From: Candidatus Melainabacteria bacterium 17Bon1m
GTDB taxonomy: Bacteria; Cyanobacteriota; Vampirovibrionia; Obscuribacterales; Obscuribacteraceae
Assembly (NCBI GenBank): GCA_032128875.1
Contig: JAVLKG010000009.1
Span: forward strand, 1-64,000
DNA: 64,000 nt
Direction of reading: 5' to 3'
Each line of letters opens with the position of its first letter. Positions within the stretch are counted from its first letter, which is position 1. Below the pieces are notes generated by a model. That model saw only the letters and a program-made list of their open reading frames with translations. It did not search any database and had not been told where the DNA came from. This document shows positions 38,378-48,384 of this stretch, one piece after another. Made by a program: the position numbers and the translations under genes.

Positions 38378-38839
38378 CTATGTCGCCATGCAATCTACGC
38401 CACTGGCGACCATTGGAAATGCCACGATATTTCCTTTGGCTTTCTCTTTTGCAAGGCGGCTGTAGAAGCTGGCTAGAGTCTTTTGAGCGCGGCAGCTGAC
38501 ATAAGGGTTTTCGTCCTGCGCAAGCCTTGTTAGCACTCCCATTGAAATGTATGGGTCTTCTGCTAGCCCATGACGGACGGTGGGGTCGGGGTCACGCACC
38601 AAGCTCAGTACGATTTCGAGCGGCGCAGCGCGATTGGTGCCCGCGGCCAAGCGTACCTCTGGATCATTGTCTACGGCTAGTCTCTTTAGTATCCATTCCG
38701 GAGTGCTTTCGTTTTCGGCTACTCGCCTGCGAATTCTGGGACTCTCATGTAGTGAAAGCGCATCCAGTATTTCGTGCGCATTCGGTGTCTTACCGGCTTT
38801 AATGTAATCTCCTAACCAGTTCGTGTGCATAGGTATCAC
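38378..38839 (-). CDS. HEAT/leucine-rich-variant (LRV) repeat protein
   Basis: 24-aa repeats of LAxDxDxxVRxxxAxNxxxP; ATG at 38830 with SD GGAGGT is the likely start. Confidence 0.8.
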   Translation of the reverse strand: MIPMHTNWLGDYIKAGKTPNAHEILDALSLHESPRIRRRVAENESTPEWILKRLAVDNDPEVRLAAGTNRAAPLEIVLSLVRDPDPTVRHGLAEDPYISMGVLTRLAQDENPYVSCRAQKTLASFYSRLAKEKAKGNIVAFPMVASGVDCMAT

Positions 38840-39439
38840 CTCCGCTCCTCGGGTGGGATGATTTCAGTGTGTAATAAATTGGAACAGTTTCAGGAGGGGG
38901 CAGCAATGACATCTGCTGCCCCGATTTTCCTTTAAATCAGCCTGGCGGGCTGTTCTTACTCGATATGGAGATTTCAATTCCGTTTAAGATATGCGAACCA
39001 ACCTCCTCATTTGATAAAGGGTGCTTCACTAACTCAACGGAAGGACTAAAACCTTCCAAGAATTTTTTATAGCAAACGCATCACCCGATCGTCAAGAGGG
39101 TTTGGAAAAGTTTTTTCAGATATTGAAGACCTGCTGTGGGATGGAGTCTTGCTGTGGTGCCTTGTCAGGAAATACGTGCGGTTTTGACAGAGTTTTTTGA
39201 GCTGAACTCTGCCGAACATATATGAGGATTTTGCACTGAGGGCAGTGGCAAAAAAGTTTAAAAAATGGTGTAAAAAAACCGGGGGCGCGTTTTCGAATCG
39301 ATAAATTATTTGGTGTGAACTTTCAATCGCTCTTTCAGCTGGATAACGTAGATCGGCTGGGGCAGGGGTTTAAAGAGTTTCGGTTTTAAAGAATTCCAGC
39401 CCCGATTGAGCGAAATCAATAAAAGGAGGCGTAGGAATA

Positions 39440-39874
39440 ATGTTGTTACCAAGACTTATTGGAAACGATTTCTTTGGCTCTCTTAAAGATATGCAGCGTG
39501 TTCAAGAACAGCTGAACCGCCTCTTCTACGAGGAGGGCAAGAGTGCCGAATTCCCACCAGTAAATGTATGGACATCGCCTGATGGTGCTATTGTTCGGAC
39601 TGAAATTCCGGGAATTGATCCAGAGAAAATTGACATCACTATCGTAAATGAAACGCTGACGCTGAGAGGCTCGCGAGTGGAGGAGTCAACTAAGGACTGC
39701 CATTCATGCCACCGCAAAGAGCGTGGATTTGGTCAGTTTGTGCGCAGCTTGCAATTGCCCTTTATTGTGGATTCTGACAAAGTCAAAGCAACCTTTAAAG
39801 ATGGTGTTCTAGAAATTGAACTCCCTCGAGCCGAAGCGGACAAGCCGCGCCGAATAAGCGTTGTATCTGAATAG
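39440..39874 (+). CDS. Small heat shock protein (Hsp20/alpha-crystallin)
   Basis: FPPVNV, EIPGID, ERGFGQFVRSLQLP, ATFKDGVLEIELP, C-terminal ISV; SD AGGAGG. Confidence 0.93.
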   Translation: MLLPRLIGNDFFGSLKDMQRVQEQLNRLFYEEGKSAEFPPVNVWTSPDGAIVRTEIPGIDPEKIDITIVNETLTLRGSRVEESTKDCHSCHRKERGFGQFVRSLQLPFIVDSDKVKATFKDGVLEIELPRAEADKPRRISVVSE

Positions 39875-39902
39875 TCTCAAGATTTTTCAAAGGAGATTTG
39901 AT

Positions 39903-40328
39903 ATGTCCACAGAAGTTATGGAAGCTTGCAAAAAAGAGCAAGAAAATCAAAAAATGCAAGTTACTCAGAACACGGAAGCCGAGCACACTCGTGCTGGTAA
40001 GGTTTTTGTCCCAAGAGCAGATATCTACGAAACACAAGAGCAGCTCCTCATTTTGGCTGACATGCCCGGAGTAAAAGAGGAAGGCGTAGACATAACTCTA
40101 GAACAGAATATTCTTACGATCTATGGAAAAGTAGAACAGCCACAACTGGAAGGCTACACACTCGCTTACTCTGAATATGGAGTTGGAGACTTCCGCCGAG
40201 TATTCGCGCTGTCGAACGAAATCGATCGTGACGGCATTCAAGCAACTATCAAAAACGGCGTGCTCAAGCTGGTCTTGCCTAAGAGCAAACGAGCAATGCC
40301 GAAGAAAATTGCTGTGAGTGTTGAATAA
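39903..40328 (+). CDS. Small heat shock protein (Hsp20)
   Basis: FVPRADIYE, ADMPGV, GDFRRVF, IKNGVLKLVLPK, IAV; SD AGGAG. Confidence 0.93.
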   Translation: MSTEVMEACKKEQENQKMQVTQNTEAEHTRAGKVFVPRADIYETQEQLLILADMPGVKEEGVDITLEQNILTIYGKVEQPQLEGYTLAYSEYGVGDFRRVFALSNEIDRDGIQATIKNGVLKLVLPKSKRAMPKKIAVSVE

Positions 40329-40389
40329 CAAATTTGAAACTCACGTAAATACGGTTCAATCCAATTTGGTCTCAAGAAGGAGGCTTGAC

Positions 40390-41043
40390 ATGAAATCGAA
40401 TTGGAAACTACATTTCCTCAACGACAAACTGCGCAAAGGTAAGGTTGTTGTGGTCGCACTGCTGGTCGGGCTTTCGCTGGGCTTTGCGGGTAGCCAGGTT
40501 GTTCATTCCATGAACGAATCGTCCAAGGAGGCGACAAAGGTTCCAGTCCATTCGGATAAAGATGTGGCACATGAACGCCGGTTTGATTTCGCCTTTCCTC
40601 CCTACATGTGGGGCGGCGGTCTGCTGCGCGACAGTATTTTCCGTGACTTCGACGATCTCGGCTATTTCCCTGCTTCGTTTGAAAATGATTGGAAGATAGG
40701 TAGTTTTGTCTCAACTCCAAGAATCGACACGAGTGAATCTGCCTCAGAACTGAGAATCACAGCAGATGTGCCGGGCATCGACGAAAAGGACTTGGAAGTG
40801 TCTGTGTCTGACAATCTGGTGACAATCAAAGGTGAGAAGAAGAGAGACAGCAGCGTCTCTGAGAAGGACTCAAAAAAATCAGAGCGATTTTATGGAACTT
40901 TTGCGCGTTCGCTGAATCTTCCTTGCCGAGTCGATAGTGAGAAAGCCGAAGCCAGCTTGAAGAATGGTGTGTTGACGATTGTTATTCCGAAAAGTCAGTT
41001 AGCTCAGAAGGAATGTAAGAAGTTAACCATCAGAACACAGTAG
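40390..41043 (+). CDS. Hsp20 family protein with N-terminal TM or signal segment
   Basis: KVVVVALLVGLSLGFAG then PRID, ADVPGIDE, ERFYGTFARSLNLP, LKNGVLTIVIPK; SD AGGAGG. Confidence 0.88.
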   Translation: MKSNWKLHFLNDKLRKGKVVVVALLVGLSLGFAGSQVVHSMNESSKEATKVPVHSDKDVAHERRFDFAFPPYMWGGGLLRDSIFRDFDDLGYFPASFENDWKIGSFVSTPRIDTSESASELRITADVPGIDEKDLEVSVSDNLVTIKGEKKRDSSVSEKDSKKSERFYGTFARSLNLPCRVDSEKAEASLKNGVLTIVIPKSQLAQKECKKLTIRTQ

Positions 41044-41060
41044 GTCCGTGAGAGGGCGCA

Positions 41061-41096
41061 AAGCAGGCTGCAGCAGCGACTTCGCAGCCTGCTTTT
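41061..41096 (+). terminator. Terminator of the hsp20 cluster
   Basis: AAGCAGGCTGC...GCAGCCTGCTT followed by TT. Confidence 0.6.
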
Positions 41097-41100
41097 CCTT

Positions 41101-41448
41101 TTGGGAATGAATACAACCATGAATAAGAACGCGAATCCAAATTTTTTTTCCTGGAACTTGATGCCTTACTTGCTTGCTGCCGGACTTTGCATCGGAGTGA
41201 TTGCAGGCACTCTAAATTACAAGGCGGAAGGAAACGTTCAGTTGGCTCCTGAACTCGCTGATGCTAATCTCTCGGCAGATGCACGCGTTGAAGAAGGAGA
41301 GCAGAATAAGTCACCAGAACGTAGGTTTCTACCTCAACTGCAATATGATGTTCTAAATTCTTCCGCTCAAGTTTTCGTTCCACCTGAATACCAAAACTAC
41401 CAGGTCGCTATTGCTGGTGGCAGATTGAAAACAATAATCAACAAATAG
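41101..41448 (+). CDS. Small hypothetical membrane-anchored protein
   Basis: One hydrophobic segment (YLLAAGLCIGVIAG); start uncertain. Confidence 0.5.
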   Translation: MGMNTTMNKNANPNFFSWNLMPYLLAAGLCIGVIAGTLNYKAEGNVQLAPELADANLSADARVEEGEQNKSPERRFLPQLQYDVLNSSAQVFVPPEYQNYQVAIAGGRLKTIINK

Positions 41449-41466
41449 TCCTACTTCGTCGTGCCA

Positions 41467-44400
41467 TCAATGCGATTGAAAGCTCTCTTGGTGTTCCGTT
41501 GTTTCTCGCTTGCGAAACTTCTGCAGTAGTTTGTCGAACCAAACATAAACTACGGGCGTTATATAGAGTGTCAAGATTTGAGAGACTATTAAGCCCCCCA
41601 CAACGACTAAACCCAGTGGACGGCGTGTGTCTGCTCCAGCACCAGTTCCAAACGCGATCGGGAGCGTACCCATCAGCGCAGCCATGGTCGTCATCATGAT
41701 TGGACGGAATCGCACCAGGCAAGCCTGGTAGATAGCCTCTGCCGCTGGCATGCCCTTCTCTCGCTCAAGCTCGAGCGAGAAGTCGATCATCATGATGGCG
41801 TTTTTCTTCACAATGCCAATTAAGAGAATCAGCCCGAGGAAGCCGTAAATGTCCAGGTCAACATGGAAGATTAGCAGCGTAATCATCGCGCCAAGACCGG
41901 CTGCTGGTAAGCCTGAAAGAATGGTAAGCGGGTGTATGAAGCTTTCATAGAGCATCCCCAAGATTACGTAGATGATGACTGTAGCAAGCAGAAGCAACCA
42001 GCCGAGGTTCGAGAATGAATCTTGGAATGTCTTTGCTTGTCCTTGGAAATTCACACTTACAGAGCCCGGAACGCTAGCGTTGGCTTCTTGTGTAATATGA
42101 TCGACAGCTTGCCCGATAGAAAATCCAGGCTTTAAGTTGAACGAAATCGTAGCGGAAGGAAATTGTCCTAAGTGGTTGATGGCCAGAGGTCCGGTGCCGG
42201 GAGTGAGTTGCGCGATTGCACCAAGCGGAACCATCTTTCCACTGGTTGAGCGGATGTAGAGTTTTGACAGTTGCACTGGGTCGCGCTGATACTGCGGCTC
42301 AAGCTCGATGAGGACTTTGTATTGATTGGTTGGCGCGTAAATTGTCGAGATCTGCCGCTGTCCATAAGCGCTGGCTAGCGTTTGCTCGACTTGATCTTGA
42401 GTGATTCCGAGAGCTGCAGCCATTGCCCGGTTGACCGTAATGTCAATCTGGGGTGTGGCGGATTGAATATCGGTGTTGACGTCTGACAGTTCTTTGAACC
42501 CGTCCATCTTTTCTTTGAGCGCGTTTGTTGCTTTGTACAATTCATTCTGATCTGGCGACATCAACGTCACCTGATAGGAGCTTTTCGAGGACATGCCGCC
42601 GATTCTGATTGCGGGCGGGACAGTGAGGAAAGTGTTGATGCCCGGAACTTGCGCAAGTTTTGGACGCAACTCTTTGACTATTTCGTCCGCTTTCTTTGTA
42701 CGTTCTTCAAATGGTTTTAGCGCAATCAAAATGCGGCCGGCGTTGCCAGAGGCACCACCGATGCTGGACATCACGCCTTGAATGCTTTCGTTCTTCTCGA
42801 TGATGGCAGATACTGCTCTTTGGTGCCTGCTCATATTTTCAAATGAGATGTCTTGCGCCGCTTCTGTCGAGCCTGATATCTGACCGGTGTCTTGGGTGGG
42901 CATAAAGCCTTTCGGCACGATCATGAACAACCAGGCGGTCAGAGCGATGCTGACTATTAACAAGGCGAGAACAATATTGGGGTGCGAAACCGAAATTTTG
43001 AGCGTTCTTTCGTATTGTCTGGCCAGCCACTGCCAACCGTCTTCCAAAGCTCCTAACCATGCAATTTGCTTTTCCGCTGTTTCAGGGGTTAACCAGCGGC
43101 TTGACAGCATTGGTGTCAGCGTTAGAGAGACAAAGCCTGAGATCAATATGGAAACTGCCATTGTGACGGCAAACTCATTGAAAAGTCTGCCGACAATTCC
43201 ACCCATCAAAAGTATGGGTAAAAATACTGCCACCAGTGACAGTGTCATACTAATGATGGTGAAAGTAATTTCGCGTGTCGCTTCGATTGCAGCTTGAAAG
43301 GGTTTTTTGCCCATTTCCATGTGCCGGACTATGTTCTCCAGCACAACCACCGCGTCGTCGACAACGAATCCGACAGATAGTGTTAGAGCCATCAGCGATA
43401 GATTGTTTAAGCTGAACCCGAGTAAATGCATCGCCGCAAATGTGCCGACGAGCGAAGTTGGTAATGCGAGACTCGGAATAACTGTGGCAGGAACATTGCG
43501 CAGGAAAAGAAATATAACCAACACCACCAAGCCGATGGTGAGCACGAGTGTAAACTCCACATCCTCGATTGACGCCCGAATTGACGTGGTGCGGTCATAG
43601 AGAACATCCATGTTGACCGAGCCAGGAATTTGATTGCGCAGCTCTGGAAGAATGGCTTTGATTGAGTCAACTATTTCGACGGTGTTGGTTCCTGGCTGCC
43701 GCATAATTGCCAAAACAATCGCGCGCTTGCCGTTGTACCAACTCGCTTGCTTGTCGTTTTCCACGCTGTCCGTGACCTTGCCGAGGTCGGAAATGACAAT
43801 CGGTGAGCCATTCTTGTACATGACGACGAGCTTTGAAAATTGCTCTGCGTTGGACAGCGGACCATTGGTGCGAAGCATAAATGCCGAGTGCGGACCATAA
43901 AGTGTCCCAGCCGGAACGTTCACGTTGCCTTTTGAAATGGCGTTGGTGACGTCTTCGAATCCAACGTTTCTTGCGGTCAAAGCATCAGGACTCAAGTCGA
44001 TACGAACGGCATATTTCTGTCCGCCGAAGACATTGACCTGCGCCACACCTTCCAGCATCGAAAGACGCTGGGCGACGGTTGTTTCGGCGTACTCATCGAC
44101 TTGGTAAAGGGGCAGCGAATCCGAACTCAACGACAAGTACAAGATAGGTGAATCCGCTGGATTTACCTTCCGGTAAGTTGGTGGCGTCGGCATCACCGGG
44201 AGTAGCCTGGAGGCAGCGGCGATTGCGGTTTGAACATCCTGTGCGGCGGCGTCTATGTCGCGTGTGAGATCGAACTGCAAGGTGATTGAAGTCGAGCCTA
44301 AAGAACTCGTCGAGTTCATTGACGAGATACCAGCAATTGTCGCGAACTGGCGCTCGAGCGGTGTCGCGACGGCGTTTGCCATCGTCGCTGGATTGGCCCC

Positions 44401-44556
44401 AGGTAAGCTTGCTGAGACTGAAATTGTCGGAAAATCGATCGTGGGCAGATCGTTGACTGGCAACGTGGTGAAGCTGATTATGCCGAAAAGAACAATCGCC
44501 GACATCATTAGTGTCGTAAAGATCGGGCGCCGTATGAAGAGTGATGCGAAGTTCAT
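41467..44556 (-). CDS. RND efflux permease (MdtB/MdtC-like)
   Basis: FIRRPIFT, LPVNDLPTIDFPTI, GFVVDDAVVVLENI, GIVKKNAIMMIDF, RFRPIMMTT. Confidence 0.95.
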   Translation of the reverse strand: MNFASLFIRRPIFTTLMMSAIVLFGIISFTTLPVNDLPTIDFPTISVSASLPGANPATMANAVATPLERQFATIAGISSMNSTSSLGSTSITLQFDLTRDIDAAAQDVQTAIAAASRLLPVMPTPPTYRKVNPADSPILYLSLSSDSLPLYQVDEYAETTVAQRLSMLEGVAQVNVFGGQKYAVRIDLSPDALTARNVGFEDVTNAISKGNVNVPAGTLYGPHSAFMLRTNGPLSNAEQFSKLVVMYKNGSPIVISDLGKVTDSVENDKQASWYNGKRAIVLAIMRQPGTNTVEIVDSIKAILPELRNQIPGSVNMDVLYDRTTSIRASIEDVEFTLVLTIGLVVLVIFLFLRNVPATVIPSLALPTSLVGTFAAMHLLGFSLNNLSLMALTLSVGFVVDDAVVVLENIVRHMEMGKKPFQAAIEATREITFTIISMTLSLVAVFLPILLMGGIVGRLFNEFAVTMAVSILISGFVSLTLTPMLSSRWLTPETAEKQIAWLGALEDGWQWLARQYERTLKISVSHPNIVLALLIVSIALTAWLFMIVPKGFMPTQDTGQISGSTEAAQDISFENMSRHQRAVSAIIEKNESIQGVMSSIGGASGNAGRILIALKPFEERTKKADEIVKELRPKLAQVPGINTFLTVPPAIRIGGMSSKSSYQVTLMSPDQNELYKATNALKEKMDGFKELSDVNTDIQSATPQIDITVNRAMAAALGITQDQVEQTLASAYGQRQISTIYAPTNQYKVLIELEPQYQRDPVQLSKLYIRSTSGKMVPLGAIAQLTPGTGPLAINHLGQFPSATISFNLKPGFSIGQAVDHITQEANASVPGSVSVNFQGQAKTFQDSFSNLGWLLLLATVIIYVILGMLYESFIHPLTILSGLPAAGLGAMITLLIFHVDLDIYGFLGLILLIGIVKKNAIMMIDFSLELEREKGMPAAEAIYQACLVRFRPIMMTTMAALMGTLPIAFGTGAGADTRRPLGLVVVGGLIVSQILTLYITPVVYVWFDKLLQKFRKRETTEHQESFQSH

Positions 44557-45908
44557 GGCACCGGCTCGGTGACTTTTACTTTGGTGCCTTCGGCAAGTTG
44601 AATTTGTCCATCAGTGACGACCTGGTCGCCTGCCTTGACACCGCTCAAAATTGCCGTCACCCCGTCAATCGCCGGACCAACGGTAACGGGCACCATGTGT
44701 GCAGTTTTGTCCGGATGAACTATCCAGATGAACTGACCCTTCTGTCCTGTTTGGACTGCCTGCGTTGGCACAACAACTGCATTACGAATGCTGTCCAAAT
44801 TCATCACGACATCGACATACTGACTCGGCCACAGCGCTTTGTCTTTGTTCTCGAATATCGCTTTCAGTTTGACTGTTCCCGTTGTGTTGTCCACAGTGTT
44901 GTCGATAAAAGTGACTTTCCCATCAGTCGCCAAAACCTGCCCATTCGAGCGAGTAGCGCGGACTGTCAACACACCCTTTTCAGCGCAAGCTTGTACCTTT
45001 CGAAACTGCTCTTGCGGAACGGAAAGTTCGACATAAATTGGAGCAGTTTGAACAATGGTAGTAAGAATATCCTCGTCTGCTCGAACCACGTTGCCTTTCA
45101 ACACGAGAATGTGCCCTGTTCGTCCATCGATTGGCGCATTGACTGTTGTAAAACCCATTTGAATCTTGGCGTTTTGCAAGGTCGCCTTCGAGGCTTCGAG
45201 CTGCGCATATGCATTTTTCAAATTCGCTCTATCGACCGTCACTTGTGCTTCAGCATTTAAGATCGTCGCCCGCCCGGCTTCTACAGTCGCGGTTGTCGAC
45301 TCCATTTTTGTCTCACGCGCTTCCTTATCCATTTGCGACACTGCACCAGCATTTGCGAGGAAGTCGAATCGTTGCGCATCTCTCTCTGCTTGTCTCGCCA
45401 GCGCTACATCGCGTTTGAGATTGGCCTTTGTCTGTTCCACGGTCGCTTGATCTTTTGCGATTGCCGCTTTAGCTTGGGCAATCATTGCTTCTTGTTTAGC
45501 CACTTCAGATTCTGCTTGCATTAGCGCCGCACGCGATGGGCGCGGATCGATGGTGAAAAGCAAATCGCGTTTTTTGACGATTTGCCCTTCGGTAAAATGA
45601 ACGTTGACGACCCTGCCGCCAATACGTGGTTTGACAGAAACCTGCTGCAAGGGAACGACGTTGCCTATGCTGTGGAGTTGCTCCGGCACATCGCGAACCG
45701 TAGCCGTCGCCAATGTGACAACTGCGGAGCGCTTGGGGCGTGCCTCTTTCTTTTCGTGCTTGTTGAAAAAGAAATACGTCCCGGCGGCAACGCACACGAA
45801 TAACACAATGAGAATCAGTCTCGTATGCGACGTCCTTTTTTCTCTTTGTTGGGATACCTGGCCAGGCGGCGCTTCAATTGTCAATTCGGGTCCTCGAGAC
45901 ACTTGCAT
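44553..45908 (-). CDS. RND efflux periplasmic adaptor (MdtA-like)
   Basis: TM anchor, LFTIDPRP, APIDGRTG, IDNTVDNTTGTVKLKA; ATGA overlap with the permease. Confidence 0.93.
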   Translation of the reverse strand: MQVSRGPELTIEAPPGQVSQQREKRTSHTRLILIVLFVCVAAGTYFFFNKHEKKEARPKRSAVVTLATATVRDVPEQLHSIGNVVPLQQVSVKPRIGGRVVNVHFTEGQIVKKRDLLFTIDPRPSRAALMQAESEVAKQEAMIAQAKAAIAKDQATVEQTKANLKRDVALARQAERDAQRFDFLANAGAVSQMDKEARETKMESTTATVEAGRATILNAEAQVTVDRANLKNAYAQLEASKATLQNAKIQMGFTTVNAPIDGRTGHILVLKGNVVRADEDILTTIVQTAPIYVELSVPQEQFRKVQACAEKGVLTVRATRSNGQVLATDGKVTFIDNTVDNTTGTVKLKAIFENKDKALWPSQYVDVVMNLDSIRNAVVVPTQAVQTGQKGQFIWIVHPDKTAHMVPVTVGPAIDGVTAILSGVKAGDQVVTDGQIQLAEGTKVKVTEPVP

Positions 45909-46111
45909 GCTTTATCCATTAAGTTTAGGACGCAGCATATCAAGACGCTCTAAAGAATACGGTGGTTCCACGATTATAGGTGTAAATCCGTTATAGCGCG
46001 TTAACCGAAAAGGCTGAATTCCCGTTCTCCGGCTTGATTTTGAGGCGTACCGCGTGAGCGTACCGCGTGTCCAAAAGGACGCAGTGTGGTCAAGATGGAG
46101 CCTTTGTCTTC

Positions 46112-46163
46112 GTGGGGGCGCGTCGCACGCGCTCTCAAAATATTGGTCGCATGCAATGCGCAC
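46112..46163. repeat. Degenerate inverted pair of REP-like palindromes
   Basis: GTGGGGGCGCGTCGCACGCGCTC followed by reverse-oriented GTCGCATGCAATGCGCAC. Confidence 0.5.
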
Positions 46164-46168
46164 GATTA

Positions 46169-46978
46169 CTATTCGGCGCTCAGCTCATCGCCGACTTTCA
46201 AGTCGCCCGGTTTTGTCACTGTGAGGTTTTGGCCGAAGAGCACGCCGCTCTCTGATGCACGAAAGCCCGCAAGCGTTCTCAGCGGCTCGACGCCACGCTC
46301 AGCAGTTTTTTGATCAGTCGTCGTGATTACGCACCGCGCGCATGGTTTTGCAGAAGCCAGTGTGACGCCGGACTGCGAAGTCAGAGTCTTGAACTCGTCT
46401 TCTTCAAATGGCTCGCAACCTTCGATAACAATGTTTGGGCGGAAACGATTCATGGGCAGCGGCTTATCCAGCTTTGCATTAAGCGTATCGAGCGAAGCTT
46501 TGGAGATAACAAGCAAAGGATATTGATCTTGAAAGCGAACACTGCCTTCAAATTCTTTGCCTTCATCGATGATGGGACGCTTGAAGCCGTCTTTCATTTT
46601 GACGAGACGGCATTTTGTTTCTAAGTAGTCAGATAACCATGCTGCCACATCATCGCCTTCGTCGATTGCGTAGCATTCATCTTTCCATACCGTGACCCGT
46701 TTGAAATCGAGGTCTTCGGGATGATCGACGTGCGGCACTGTGATGCTTTGGCGTCCGTCAGCGCTCAAAGTTAAATCGCCATTTTCGTTGATCGCTGTGT
46801 GCACCAAAGCCATTTTTGGAATTTCGCGCTGCGTAAGAAACTTTCCGCTAGGCAGCGTCACAAGCCAATTCCGGTCGAAGCGAATGCCCTTCTCTTCAAT
46901 CGTCGCGTTGTCCAGGGAGATGCCTCCAAGCGACTTAACCGGATAGCGATTTAGTTCTACAATGCGCACCTTTTTCAT
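46169..46978 (-). CDS. MOSC domain protein (YcbX/mARC-like)
   Basis: YPVKSLGG, DRNW, LTQRE, RFRPNIV, KPCARC. Confidence 0.9.
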   Translation of the reverse strand: MKKVRIVELNRYPVKSLGGISLDNATIEEKGIRFDRNWLVTLPSGKFLTQREIPKMALVHTAINENGDLTLSADGRQSITVPHVDHPEDLDFKRVTVWKDECYAIDEGDDVAAWLSDYLETKCRLVKMKDGFKRPIIDEGKEFEGSVRFQDQYPLLVISKASLDTLNAKLDKPLPMNRFRPNIVIEGCEPFEEDEFKTLTSQSGVTLASAKPCARCVITTTDQKTAERGVEPLRTLAGFRASESGVLFGQNLTVTKPGDLKVGDELSAE

Positions 46979-47010
46979 TGCGTTAGTTCCTTCGGTTGCT
47001 TCTCTTCTGT

Positions 47011-47063
47011 GTACGGGAGCCGCATGCGGCTCCCTGCCAGGGAGGCACATGTGCCTCCCGTAC
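47011..47063. repeat. REPIN-like inverted doublet
   Basis: GTACGGGAGCCGCATGCGGCTCCCT-GCC-AGGGAGGCACATGTGCCTCCCGTAC. Confidence 0.65.
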
Positions 47064-47066
47064 GAA

Positions 47067-48365
47067 TTACGGTGAGGCGTCGAATTCGCCTTTCTTTTGT
47101 CCTTCTTTCAGCTTTTGATCAAACTCGATTAGCTGATCTCTCGATTCTTGTTCAAGATTGCTTTCTTCTGTTGTGTAGACAATATCTTCCGACTTGATAG
47201 CGTGCGTGCCGATACGCAAATTGTTTGCGTGGCTGAGTTTTTTCGCGAGTTGTGCTGATGGTGCCTTTAGCATTTCAGCGTAGGTCGAACGTTTTCCATT
47301 GCGTTCTGTAATTCTCTTGTTGATAGCATCGAGCACGAATTTTCTGACGAGCGGAATTACAACAAAAAGAGTTCCATAAGTCACTAGTGGTAAAAGAATG
47401 GGCCACAACTCCCGTAAGCTCGGTTGCAAGAAAAGCCACCATGTGCCGAGGAAGTTGAAGCCTGCAAGCACATAAACCATCACCAAGTTTCCAGCTTGGG
47501 GTCCGACAAATGGCCAACGATTTTCTTTGAGGAACGGAGCGCTGACGTGTGCGTCTCTTCCCGACGCGCTGACTTGCATCGAGGGAAAACTATAGACAAT
47601 TCCGCCTTCATCAGTCACTTCCGGTTTGCCGTCAAAGCGCACCAGTACAGGCAGCACGGCATCTTCATTGGTGGGCTCCGCGCCAGTGTAGGGAGCCAAT
47701 TGTTCTGCAGTAACAACGCCACCATGTTCGCGAATTGAATTAGCGATAAGAGTCCATTTTCTTTCTTCTATGTCGGCATTTGGATTGCCGTCACCAAATA
47801 GGAATGAAAAACAATCAAATAGGAAATTACTCTTGCGCTGGCGCCGCTGCTGCTGGTTTCCGTATGGAGTAGACGCCGAGTACATGCCCCAAGTGAGTAA
47901 ATCCCGAAGTATCAGGTAGTCAAAAAATCCGAAGTGAAAACTGCCACCACCGTAGTCATCGCGGTCGTTGTTTCCGCCCTTATTGCTGTATATCATGATG
48001 GCAATAAAGATAAACAAAACCGCTAAGACGGAAAGAATCAGCATGATTCCAAAAGAAATTCTCAGCAAGAAATAGGCGACATCGAAAACCTTTTTTCCAA
48101 AGACTTGGAAAAATCTTGCAATGCCTTTCGCCAAATAAGCGTTTTGAAAACCGGGATCGAATTTGTATGCAACATCACCGGTGGTGGCAACTTCCATGTG
48201 CCCGCCAGTTTCTGCTGCAACCTTGTTGAGTTCTGCTTGTGCTACCAAAACAGGCAGACCTGTTTTCGCCGCAACGTCAGCCGCCGTGACACGGCGTCCG
48301 AGCGAATCGACCGCCTTGAGGACAATCTCCTTTTCTTTCGTTTTTAATACGGGTTGTGCTTGCAT
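47067..48365 (-). CDS. Conserved membrane protein resembling cyanobacterial/plastid At5g03900-like family
   Basis: AVDSLGRRVTAADVAAKTGL...GGHMEV..TGDVAY, FSFLFGDGNPNAD.EE.KW, GGVVTAEQLAPY, F.G.PEV...G.IVY.FP recalled from that family. Confidence 0.7.
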   Translation of the reverse strand: MQAQPVLKTKEKEIVLKAVDSLGRRVTAADVAAKTGLPVLVAQAELNKVAAETGGHMEVATTGDVAYKFDPGFQNAYLAKGIARFFQVFGKKVFDVAYFLLRISFGIMLILSVLAVLFIFIAIMIYSNKGGNNDRDDYGGGSFHFGFFDYLILRDLLTWGMYSASTPYGNQQQRRQRKSNFLFDCFSFLFGDGNPNADIEERKWTLIANSIREHGGVVTAEQLAPYTGAEPTNEDAVLPVLVRFDGKPEVTDEGGIVYSFPSMQVSASGRDAHVSAPFLKENRWPFVGPQAGNLVMVYVLAGFNFLGTWWLFLQPSLRELWPILLPLVTYGTLFVVIPLVRKFVLDAINKRITERNGKRSTYAEMLKAPSAQLAKKLSHANNLRIGTHAIKSEDIVYTTEESNLEQESRDQLIEFDQKLKEGQKKGEFDASP

Positions 48366-48384
48366 GAGCTTTGAAAGGTTTTTG

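Noticed and set aside
39229-39254. CIRCE (HrcA) operator upstream of hsp20
   Set aside because: TTTTGCACTG-AGGG-CAGTGGCAAAA resembles the half-sites but lacks the TTAGCACTC-N9-GAGTGCTAA spacing and sequence.
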